64,000 nucleotides of DNA, taken from positions 17,818 through 81,817 of IMG/VR virus record IMGVR_UViG_3300043436_001797; one strand, written 5' to 3'. The notes beneath the pieces are model-generated. The model worked only from the letters and a program-made list of their open reading frames with translations, was not told where the DNA came from and ran no database searches. The translations under genes and the position numbers were made by a program. This DNA comes from a virus. This document shows, piece after piece, positions 10,514 through 18,768 of this stretch; within the stretch, counting starts at the first letter, position 1, and each line of letters begins with the position of its first letter.

Positions 10514-10682
10514 ATGCATGCAGTGCGGTGGCGCTAAAAAAATGAAAGCAGGTGGTGCTAGTGAATCCTTTAAAAAACTTGCACCTCCTTATGATAAAGC
10601 TACCTATGCTGATAAAATTGCTGGCGCTAAAAAGAATGCCGGTACAATGAAAAAAGGTGGTGCTGTAAAAAAGAAGAAGTAA
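10503..10682 (+). CDS. Small basic protein with KKGG motifs
   Basis: The track starts it at GTG 10476; ATG 10503 (MKSKCMQCGGAKKMKAGG...MKKGGAVKKKK) overlapping the previous stop is more plausible. Confidence 0.6.
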   Translation: MKSKCMQCGGAKKMKAGGASESFKKLAPPYDKATYADKIAGAKKNAGTMKKGGAVKKKK

Positions 10683-10993
10683 TGAAAAAGAAGCTTAAAA
10701 AATATCAGTCACAGGGTGAAGTTAAACGCAAGGGGTACATGACTCCTGTTGCTCCAAAAGATACCACTGGCTACGGAAGTGCAGCTGACAGAATAAGAAA
10801 AGCGCTTGAAAAAAGAGACCCAGGTTTTTATAAAACTCCTGAAAGTGTAGGAGGAAAATCAGGAAATATTGATCCTAAGTTTGCGATAGATCCTAAAAAA
10901 GTAGGTGCTAAGTCTGGTGATATTGATCCAGGATTTAACAAGAGTGTGCCTAAGAAAAAGTTAGGTGGCACAAATAAAAAGAAAAAGAAGTAA
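10682..10993 (+). CDS. Small basic protein (103 aa) with KKYQ and KKLGG motifs
   Basis: TAATG coupling; internal duplication KSGNIDPKF / KSGDIDPGF. Confidence 0.7.
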   Translation: MKKKLKKYQSQGEVKRKGYMTPVAPKDTTGYGSAADRIRKALEKRDPGFYKTPESVGGKSGNIDPKFAIDPKKVGAKSGDIDPGFNKSVPKKKLGGTNKKKKK

Positions 10994-11157
10994 TGGCAAA
11001 AGATAAAAAGTGGATTCAAAGCGCTACTGCTAGCATCAAGCGTAGAGGTACAGAGGGAGTCTGCACCGGATCTAAATTTGGTAGCTCATCTTGTCCCGCT
11101 GGTAGCAAGAGATACAATCTTGCTAAGACTTTTAGAAAGATGGCTAAGAAAAAGTAA
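10993..11157 (+). CDS. Small basic protein (54 aa, not in ORF track)
   Basis: TAATG overlap. MAKDKKWIQSATASIKRRGTEGVCTGSKFGSSSCPAGSKRYNLAKTFRKMAKKK; KWIQ...LAKT.RK resembles small basic phage proteins. Confidence 0.75.
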   Translation: MAKDKKWIQSATASIKRRGTEGVCTGSKFGSSSCPAGSKRYNLAKTFRKMAKKK

Positions 11158-11178
11158 TCTATAAATTCTATATATAAA

Positions 11179-11373
11179 ATGAAAAAGTATATGACAGGTG
11201 GTGTAGCTAATCCTAATACAAAAGCTACAGTTCAGAAAGTAGCTGGTTCAAAAGGTGCAGGTACTACTAAATCTACCAAAGCTACTGTAGATAAAAAAGC
11301 AACTGGTAGAACAGGTGGTGGTAACAAACCCGCTTCTGTTGAGCCTAAGAGCAAGAAGAAAAACGTTAAGTAA
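11179..11373 (+). CDS. Small basic protein (64 aa)
   Basis: MKKYMTGG start; repeated TKATV; TAATG coupling to the next gene. Confidence 0.7.
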   Translation: MKKYMTGGVANPNTKATVQKVAGSKGAGTTKSTKATVDKKATGRTGGGNKPASVEPKSKKKNVK

Positions 11374-12077
11374 TGTTAAACAGTACCCTTAGATTAAAGA
11401 TTCAACAGCGGTTAAACAAACTCGCTAGTCAGGACTACGATAATATCGAGTGCTGGCAAATTGTTGAAGCTTTTAATAAAGCTCAAATCGAATGGGTACG
11501 TAGACAAATCATGGGTCGTAATGCTGCGCAAGCAGGTGCAGAACAAACTGTACGAAAGATTGATGATTTGCAAAACTTGCTTACACCACTTTCCCTTACT
11601 TCATTAAACGCGGGAGACTACTATTTAACCAATCCTCTACCAAATAACTATCTAGAGTATCACAAGCTAGACATAACAGCTACAAAAGACTGCTGTACAG
11701 ATCCAAAAGATCTTATAGTTTATTTGGTTGAGGAGGTTAATAGCAGCGTTCTTCTTAGAGATGAGTTACGCAAACCAAATTTTGAGTGGGCGGAGACTTT
11801 TTGCACAGTTGTAAATAATGCCATCAGAGTATATACAAACGGTGAGTTTGAAATAAGAGATGTTACTCTGATGTATTATAGACAACCTCGTCGTATAGCA
11901 ATTGCTAACTGCGGTGATCCATATACCGGTGCAATAACTACGACAGATGTAGAATGCGAGTTTCGAGATGATATTGCTGAAGTATTGGTTGACGCTGCTG
12001 CATCTATATTAGCAGCTGACATAGAATCATTTAGTCAGTATACTCGTACTTCACAACAATCAGAAACTAATACATAA
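11373..12077 (+). CDS. Putative tail ring protein (crAss-like)
   Basis: 234 aa with FNKAQ near the N-terminus, YYRQP, and C-terminal CEF..EVLVD.A, the pattern of crAss ring/tubular proteins. Synteny agrees. Confidence 0.65.
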   Translation: MLNSTLRLKIQQRLNKLASQDYDNIECWQIVEAFNKAQIEWVRRQIMGRNAAQAGAEQTVRKIDDLQNLLTPLSLTSLNAGDYYLTNPLPNNYLEYHKLDITATKDCCTDPKDLIVYLVEEVNSSVLLRDELRKPNFEWAETFCTVVNNAIRVYTNGEFEIRDVTLMYYRQPRRIAIANCGDPYTGAITTTDVECEFRDDIAEVLVDAAASILAADIESFSQYTRTSQQSETNT

Positions 12078-12079
12078 TT

Positions 12080-12529
12080 ATGGAAAATAATGTTTTAAGA
12101 AGATCCCTTAAGACTGGATCACAACAATCACAGAGCGCGTCTTCTAGCAGCAAAGGTGCTGACATGGGGAAACTTGTTTCAGAATTTTTGGAAGCAGTAA
12201 CTTCTGTGCATAAAGCTCATCTTAAAATTACAGGTCCTGGTTCATATGCTGCACATACAGCAATGGGTGCATTTTATGATGAAATCGGAGATCTTGCTGA
12301 CTCTATTGCTGAGTCATACCAGGGAGTAACCGAGACGCTGTTAAATATTCCAGCTACTCAACAAGCTTCCTTTACTAGTGCGGGAGACTGCGTAAACTTC
12401 TTGAATGACCTCTACCAAAAGGTGGATGCTGCTCAAAAAGCTTGTGCTTATTCTGAGATTATTAATGACTTAGACAATGTCAAGTCACTGATTAACGGCA
12501 CTAAGTATAAACTAATTTTCTTGAAATAA
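12080..12529 (+). CDS. Dps/ferritin-like protein (DUF5856-like)
   Basis: HKAHL...GSYAAHTAMGAFYDEIGDLADSIAESYQG matches the Dps H-x-G-x-H...D-x-x-A-E ferroxidase pattern; C-terminal KYKLIFL. Confidence 0.75.
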   Translation: MENNVLRRSLKTGSQQSQSASSSSKGADMGKLVSEFLEAVTSVHKAHLKITGPGSYAAHTAMGAFYDEIGDLADSIAESYQGVTETLLNIPATQQASFTSAGDCVNFLNDLYQKVDAAQKACAYSEIINDLDNVKSLINGTKYKLIFLK

Positions 12530-12574
12530 TTTGGAAGTTCTAAAAGGATTTCCTATATTAACTATATATTTTTG
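12530..12574 (+). promoter_or_regulatory. Candidate promoter upstream of the 12602 gene
   Basis: TTTG-N20-TATATTA (12530-12560) and TATTTTTG (12567-12574, TAnnTTTG) in an intergenic gap. Confidence 0.5.
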
Positions 12575-12601
12575 TTTGTAACCCTTTAATTTTTTAAAAC
12601 A

Positions 12602-13954
12602 ATGGCTTATTTTAATCATGCCTTTCACAAAGTGTTTTTAGCAACAAATGCTACTGACGCTTATGTTACTACAGGTAATGCTCGTGCTCTTTTACCTGCT
12701 CAAGTTGGTTTTTATGCTGCTCCAAACAAAGGAGTAACTAATAACAACACTCCAGATGCTTTGGTTGTCCCTGGTACTAACGACTGTCCACTTGTTTTGG
12801 CGCAAGGTTCTATTTACGCTAGCGACAAAATTGGTCCTTTCCACGGAGGATACAAAGAAACTTCAAAATCAAAAATCATCAATCCTAAGTATGTAACAGG
12901 ATTTTGGAGAGTTAATGCTTGTGGTATTCGTCAAGAGTCTATTTCTGTTGGAACAACCTTTGACACTACTACTGCGACAACTATTTCTCCTTGCACTGAG
13001 GGTGCTGATTTTGAATTTAAATGTGGGGAGACTTACTACCTTCGCGTAGATATCAAAGGTTCTCCAGCACTTCGCTACCTTTCTAGAAATGACTATTTTA
13101 CAGCTAGTGCTTATACTGGTTGCTGCGATGAAAATAATACTCCAGCTAATCCTTTGCTTGTTTATATTAACTGGGCATATCAGTTGTTGAATTCTCCTTT
13201 GACGAATCCTTTCATCAGAATTAGAATTCAATACGGTGCTGCTGGTGCTAATACTTTGAATCCTGCAGGATTGGTAACAGCTAACTGGTTTACATCTGCT
13301 GCTGCTGACTTGCAAATTTTGAATAACTACATTACTGGAGCACTTGCTATTCCTAGCGCAACTATTGCTGGATTTATCATTCAGGGTGCTTATGTAGACA
13401 CTCAGTTCGGTGACTGTACTTTCTACCCAAATGATGCTTTGCAAGCTTACTTGGAGCCAGTTAAGTTGTATGCATCTATGGTTGACTACAATGGTGATCC
13501 ATGTGCATTTACAGGTATTTGCGTAAGAAATAGCTGTCTTGGTCGTCAAGGTATGGGTTATGGTGAAAGCATTGTTCGTCGCTTGATTTTGTCAGAAGGA
13601 TATGCTCAGTCTCCTTTCTATACTGGACGTGATCTTCGTATTCGTGAGATTACCCAAGGTTACAATGTTACTGATGCAATTGACCGCGGACTTGCTACAA
13701 CTGCTCAATACGACAGCGTATTTATTCAGCATAGTGTTCCACGTTTCAACAATCCTACTGGTACATTTGACAATGATCAGTATTTGTTGGAAATTGTATT
13801 CCCAACAGGTAGTGCAGATGCTACAACATTCTGTACTAACGTAGGAACTTGGTTGACTGATAACGGTAGCGCTTGTATCCTTGAAGCAGGTTCTGCAGAG
13901 CTTTATGCTTGTGCAGATAACAGTGCTATATGCGATAACGCAGCTTTGGATTAA
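12602..13954 (+). CDS. Putative auxiliary capsid / abundant structural protein
   Basis: 450 aa, high-expression codon usage, own promoter-like and terminator signals, position after the ring gene as for crAss auxiliary capsid proteins. Confidence 0.55.
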   Translation: MAYFNHAFHKVFLATNATDAYVTTGNARALLPAQVGFYAAPNKGVTNNNTPDALVVPGTNDCPLVLAQGSIYASDKIGPFHGGYKETSKSKIINPKYVTGFWRVNACGIRQESISVGTTFDTTTATTISPCTEGADFEFKCGETYYLRVDIKGSPALRYLSRNDYFTASAYTGCCDENNTPANPLLVYINWAYQLLNSPLTNPFIRIRIQYGAAGANTLNPAGLVTANWFTSAAADLQILNNYITGALAIPSATIAGFIIQGAYVDTQFGDCTFYPNDALQAYLEPVKLYASMVDYNGDPCAFTGICVRNSCLGRQGMGYGESIVRRLILSEGYAQSPFYTGRDLRIREITQGYNVTDAIDRGLATTAQYDSVFIQHSVPRFNNPTGTFDNDQYLLEIVFPTGSADATTFCTNVGTWLTDNGSACILEAGSAELYACADNSAICDNAALD

Positions 13955-13969
13955 TATTTGACTAATAAT

Positions 13970-14006
13970 AAAAAGGGAGAGGGAGTTATACTCTCCTCTC
14001 CTTTTT
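13970..14006 (+). terminator. Rho-independent terminator
   Basis: AAAAAGGGAGAGGGAGT-TAT-ACTCTCCTCTCCTTTTT hairpin with one bulge and a U tract. Confidence 0.85.
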
Positions 14007-14019
14007 AATTTATATACAC

Positions 14020-14580
14020 ATGGATAAACATCAGTTAGCTTTAGATATCCCCGATACACTATCAGGTTGTATATTTCGCGTAGTTGACGCTAGTATTTAT
14101 AGCTCAGCTGGAGTAGTAGATTGTACTAGATTGGATATAACTCCTCCCGGATTTACATCTCCATTCTATATGTCTAACTTAGAGACTGGTTTTATTGCAA
14201 ACCTTACCGCTTGCAATATTGGTCTGCAGACGGCTAACTGTGGGAATACCTACAATGACTTTGCAGATGGTGTCTACAATGTCAAGTATAGTATTAATGA
14301 TAGTCCTGATGTATATGTTGAATACAATCATTTAAGAATTACTTCTGCATTAAATCAGATAAATGATTTACTTTGTTGTTTAAATTTGCAAGCATGTGAC
14401 CCACAAGGTCCTGTAAAAGATAAACTAAAAGAAGTTCAATTGCTTGACACTTTTTTAAAAGCAGCTAAAGCAAAAGTAGAATACTGCAATAGTATAGATC
14501 AAGGTATGGATATGTACAGATATGTAGTAAAGAAATTAAACAAACTTGCTTGCGGCTGCGGTTGTTCATCATGTAACTAA
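14020..14580 (+). CDS. Putative tail hub/fibre-docking protein (Cys-rich)
   Basis: 186 aa; DGVYNVKYSI beta region then a helical C-terminus; precedes the fibre genes. Function inferred from synteny only. Confidence 0.45.
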   Translation: MDKHQLALDIPDTLSGCIFRVVDASIYSSAGVVDCTRLDITPPGFTSPFYMSNLETGFIANLTACNIGLQTANCGNTYNDFADGVYNVKYSINDSPDVYVEYNHLRITSALNQINDLLCCLNLQACDPQGPVKDKLKEVQLLDTFLKAAKAKVEYCNSIDQGMDMYRYVVKKLNKLACGCGCSSCN

Positions 14581-14595
14581 TTAAACCAATATATT

Positions 14596-14739
14596 ATGTC
14601 ACAGTGTCCAAATTGCGGAGCAGCTATGAGCTGCGGATGTCAAAAGAAAGTACTTTCTAATGGTAAAATAGGATGTACTAAATGTGTTAATCAAACTTCT
14701 ACAGCAGAGGCAAAAGAAACTGAAACTAAGAAAGAATAA
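14596..14739 (+). CDS. Small Cys-rich, probably Zn-binding protein (47 aa, not in ORF track)
   Basis: MSQCPNCGAAMSCGCQKKVLSNGKIGCTKCVNQ...; TTAAACCAAT leader; stop overlaps the next ATG (TAATG). Confidence 0.7.
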   Translation: MSQCPNCGAAMSCGCQKKVLSNGKIGCTKCVNQTSTAEAKETETKKE

Positions 14740-17537
14740 TGGCAACAAGATCGTATGTTTTAGCAACAGGGGCTAATTATTTAAAAGTATCTGATGATCA
14801 GGGGTTGACATGGGAAACCATTACCCCCTCAGGTTATCCGTCAAATCTTGCAAATATTACCTCTATTGCAGCTAGTACTTTTGATCCTTACAAAGCTCTT
14901 ATAACATCATCTAGTGAAGGACTATGGTCTACAACAGATGGTGGTGTTTCTTTTACCCAAGTTCCTGGAACCGGAGGTGTTTCACTTTACTCAGTAAATT
15001 ATCTTGATGGTGTTAGAATTGTAGCAGTTGGTTCAGAAGTATACCGATCTTTTAATGGAGGTACATCATTTACATTAACTGGCGTAACTCCTGCATCTTT
15101 ATATGGATCCTCAGGACCAAACATATATTTTAGAAATGTACATTTTGGTTCAAACTTTATAGGGTTTGCCTCTATTTTTGATAAAATCTATAAGACCTAT
15201 AACACAGGTCTTACTTGGGAATCCACTAATAGTAATGCAGCTATTGTAGCCGGAAAGTTTGTTGTTGGAATTATACATCTGAATGATACTAATGTTGTTA
15301 TTGCTCTTGTTGAGGATAGCGGTGTGTATGTTTCATTAGATGGGGGTATTAGCTTCTCTCTTTCAACAGCAACACCAGTAATAGATCTTAATACTAGTTT
15401 TATATCAACAGCGGGTCAAAGTGCAGGTACATGGATAATTGATTCTAATCAAGATATTTACTACAGTTCTGGTAGTGGTCTTGGATATACTTTAGTAGGT
15501 AATTATCCTTTTGGCGCTCCTTTAGAACAAGCTGTATTTGGTTTCAGTGGTTCAAATGCTATATTTATTGGTGCTGGTATTACTAGCGCATCTACTACTA
15601 TTCACACAACACAAAATGGTGGTGCAACTTTAAATGAAGAAGCAAATTACACAGGTATTGCAAAAGCATTATCATCCACACTTGACTATGAGTGTGGTGA
15701 ATGTCCTGGTAAATCTGATTTTAACCCTCAAACAGGGTTTTGTGAAGACACTGAATTAGCAGGACCTATATGTCCTCCTGGTTATATATATGACCCTGTT
15801 GCTAATACTTGTACTGGACAAGGAGCTGAAGGATCAATTGATATAGTAGTTTCTAGAGATAATTCTGGATCTGTATTAAGTAATAGCAATTATTGTTCTT
15901 ATACAAATGGTTCAGAATGGGGTCAAATGAACGCCATGCTGAGCGATGTTGTAGTTGGTTTGTCTGCAGGATTATCTGCAGGAACTACTCAAATTGCTGT
16001 TGGTGACTGGTCTAGTTGCGGAGCTGCTGGTAACCAATCTACTATTGTTCTGGGATTAACAAGTAATGAGACAAGTATTAATAACGCTATTTGTGCAGCT
16101 CGTAGTTATAATGGAGGTACTTGTCAAACAATAGGTCTTTGCGCTGCCTATAATGAACTTATAAATGGTAGCACAGCAAATCCGTCAGCTGAAAAGATGT
16201 TAATTTTAGTCACTGACGGAAAACCGAGGATATCAGATCCGTGTTCAGTTCTACCATATCCCGCTAGCTCTGGTATAGGTGATTTTGCAGACGCAGAAAA
16301 TACAAGATCTTTAGCTGAGCAAATTAAACAACAAGGTGTAAGATTAGTACTTGTTGTTTTAGGTGAACCTGACGAAAGACAAGATGTCTATGACAGTTTG
16401 GTACAACCTATTGGGAACACCTATCTTAGTAGTCAGTTGACATATCCTCCCGTACCTAGTTTAGATGACAATGGTAATCTTCTTTATTTTGAATCTGATT
16501 TTACTAATTCCCAAGCACTTGTTCAAAATATTATAAATAGCCTTACTACTGAAGTAACTATACCTGCACCCACTTGTGAAAATTGCACTATATATGTTGA
16601 TCCTGGTGATGGTACAGCATATTTTCAGTCTAATGTGCAGTATGATTTTATCCCATGTTGCTATAAACTAAGTAGCTGTGATAGTGCTACTGAAATTTAT
16701 TCTAATACAGATCTTTCTCAGTATGATGGACAAGTTGTAAATATTGCTGGACAGGAAGGATGTTTTTCCATATCTCAACTTAGTTCAGTATGTATAGAAG
16801 ATGCTCAGGAGGTTACTGTTACAACAGTTTATGGAAGTTGTGAAACATGTCTTCCATCTTTTAAACTATATAACTGTAAGGATACTAATATATCAATTCA
16901 GACATCTAATACACAGTTTGAAGCACTTTTAGGAAAAACTGTAAAGCTTGTTGAATATCCTGGTGACTGCTGGCAAGTAGGACCAAATAGCGAAAAAACA
17001 TTACCACTAGAACCCTTAACACCTAGTGGTGAACCTTTCCAGACATGTATTGAGTGTGATCCAAAAGAGTATGGTTTGACAAATTGTGTTAATGGGGTAT
17101 CTGTTGCGTCCACTGTTGATCTTTCAGCATATGTGGGTAAGGTTATAAAAGCGGATAACTTTCCAGGACTTTGCTTTACAGTAGAGGAAAATCCTTGTGA
17201 TTGTTTAAAGATAACTATTAATGGACAGGTTTATAACATTGACAGAGAGCAGAACCTTTTCAATGGAAAACCTTACTTTCAGTTTATAACAGCAAGTCAG
17301 CTATCTATTGTTTTGGCATATGACAGCAATGAAACAAGATGGGAGGTTTATAATCCAGAAACACAAGCTATCTATTTTTATTCTAACTTGAATATAGAAT
17401 GCCCGATAACAAGTGTATGGGAAAGAGTAGATCCTAATTTTCCAGGAAATATTACCACTGAAGCGTGTCCATTGCCTATATTGAATATATCTGTAACAGA
17501 AGAATTTGCTAGTTGTGAGCCTTGTGTAAATTGTTAA
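14739..17537 (+). CDS. Putative fibre/adhesin: Asp-box (BNR) propeller + vWA domain + Cys-rich repeats
   Basis: Asp-boxes SDDQGLTW, TTDGGVSF, SFNGGTSF, TYNTGLTW, SLDGGISF. vWA MIDAS DNSGS ... GGT ... LILVTDG. C-terminal repeats DLSxYxGxV(V/I)...GxC. Confidence 0.75.
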   Translation: MATRSYVLATGANYLKVSDDQGLTWETITPSGYPSNLANITSIAASTFDPYKALITSSSEGLWSTTDGGVSFTQVPGTGGVSLYSVNYLDGVRIVAVGSEVYRSFNGGTSFTLTGVTPASLYGSSGPNIYFRNVHFGSNFIGFASIFDKIYKTYNTGLTWESTNSNAAIVAGKFVVGIIHLNDTNVVIALVEDSGVYVSLDGGISFSLSTATPVIDLNTSFISTAGQSAGTWIIDSNQDIYYSSGSGLGYTLVGNYPFGAPLEQAVFGFSGSNAIFIGAGITSASTTIHTTQNGGATLNEEANYTGIAKALSSTLDYECGECPGKSDFNPQTGFCEDTELAGPICPPGYIYDPVANTCTGQGAEGSIDIVVSRDNSGSVLSNSNYCSYTNGSEWGQMNAMLSDVVVGLSAGLSAGTTQIAVGDWSSCGAAGNQSTIVLGLTSNETSINNAICAARSYNGGTCQTIGLCAAYNELINGSTANPSAEKMLILVTDGKPRISDPCSVLPYPASSGIGDFADAENTRSLAEQIKQQGVRLVLVVLGEPDERQDVYDSLVQPIGNTYLSSQLTYPPVPSLDDNGNLLYFESDFTNSQALVQNIINSLTTEVTIPAPTCENCTIYVDPGDGTAYFQSNVQYDFIPCCYKLSSCDSATEIYSNTDLSQYDGQVVNIAGQEGCFSISQLSSVCIEDAQEVTVTTVYGSCETCLPSFKLYNCKDTNISIQTSNTQFEALLGKTVKLVEYPGDCWQVGPNSEKTLPLEPLTPSGEPFQTCIECDPKEYGLTNCVNGVSVASTVDLSAYVGKVIKADNFPGLCFTVEENPCDCLKITINGQVYNIDREQNLFNGKPYFQFITASQLSIVLAYDSNETRWEVYNPETQAIYFYSNLNIECPITSVWERVDPNFPGNITTEACPLPILNISVTEEFASCEPCVNC

Positions 17538-17547
17538 AATAAAAGAA

Positions 17548-18744
17548 ATGACCAGTTCCTGTATATGTGTAACTCTGAATAGTTGTCTAACCGGGCAACC
17601 TGTTTACTATTATACTTGTAAGCAGTCATCTGCGCAAACTGTTTTTATTACGGGATTAGCTCAGGGTCAGTTAATTGAGATTAATGATGCAGCTAACTTT
17701 CCTGAGACATATTACACTTTCCAAAGTTTTTGTTCAATTCCTGGTGCACCATCTCCAGAATGTACAACATGTACTAATGCATCTAATAGAATAACAGATG
17801 ACGCAGGACTCTCCATAAACTTTTGGATTAAGTCTAATCAAGCAACATGTCCTACAGACGATCCTTACAACGATGTATATGTACTAACAAACTGCTTAGC
17901 AAATGTTGTTGTATCTAATGTAGATACTATTGTAGACTCTCCGCAACTAGCTTTAGTTACTTCAAGCAATCTGTTTCTATATGTAAACATGATTGTGAAA
18001 ATAGAAGGTTATGATGACAACTGCTATGAGGTTTCTGGACCATTTACTCCTGGTGAAGGAGCATCACTTCGTCCTGCATATACAATAGTTGATGCATATA
18101 GCACTTGTGAGTGTTGTTTACCACCTCCACCGCCTCCCGGTTGCTGTGAAATACCTAAGTATACACAGAAACCTGCTAAAGATTTCTTTAGAATAACAGT
18201 ATCTGATGCTGAGATTAAAGCAAATACAAACTTTGCAAACAACTATTACAAGTTGTTTATGGGTATTAAGCATGGTGTGCATAGTTGCTGCACAGGTATA
18301 GATTATGATAAACTCTGGATAGACAAAGAAATTGCTGATCTAGAAAGTATAAACTATAGTACTTGTCAGGTAATTCTTCCTACTCTATGTGTATTTGTTA
18401 CTGGAAACGATATCTGTGGTTCTCAGGTTGCTACTTATAATGATTTCATTAACGGAAAGTGGTCATTTAAGTTTACTAGAGCTACTGGTATAAATGGTAT
18501 AATTTACTGGGATATTCAGAATAGTTACTGGGTGATTGAAAATGAAGATACAGGTGTGATAGCAGCTAAACTGTTGATTAACAGTGACTATCCTATTGGT
18601 ACAAATGACCAATGGGTACTTGTAAATAAGTCAGCGTGTCTATCACCTGACTGTGGTTTATCTACATGGACTGTAGACTGTTCTTACTATGATGCAGATC
18701 CATGTGACAATTGCAACGAACCACAAAATGTTGTAGCAGAATAG
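17548..18744 (+). CDS. Cys-rich structural/fibre protein
   Basis: Shares repeat units with the 14739 protein (NLFLYVNMIVKIEG..NCYEV; NGKW/NGKP unit); poly-Pro hinge. Confidence 0.6.
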   Translation: MTSSCICVTLNSCLTGQPVYYYTCKQSSAQTVFITGLAQGQLIEINDAANFPETYYTFQSFCSIPGAPSPECTTCTNASNRITDDAGLSINFWIKSNQATCPTDDPYNDVYVLTNCLANVVVSNVDTIVDSPQLALVTSSNLFLYVNMIVKIEGYDDNCYEVSGPFTPGEGASLRPAYTIVDAYSTCECCLPPPPPPGCCEIPKYTQKPAKDFFRITVSDAEIKANTNFANNYYKLFMGIKHGVHSCCTGIDYDKLWIDKEIADLESINYSTCQVILPTLCVFVTGNDICGSQVATYNDFINGKWSFKFTRATGINGIIYWDIQNSYWVIENEDTGVIAAKLLINSDYPIGTNDQWVLVNKSACLSPDCGLSTWTVDCSYYDADPCDNCNEPQNVVAE

Positions 18745-18768
18745 AAAAATAATTAGTATATTAAAGAT

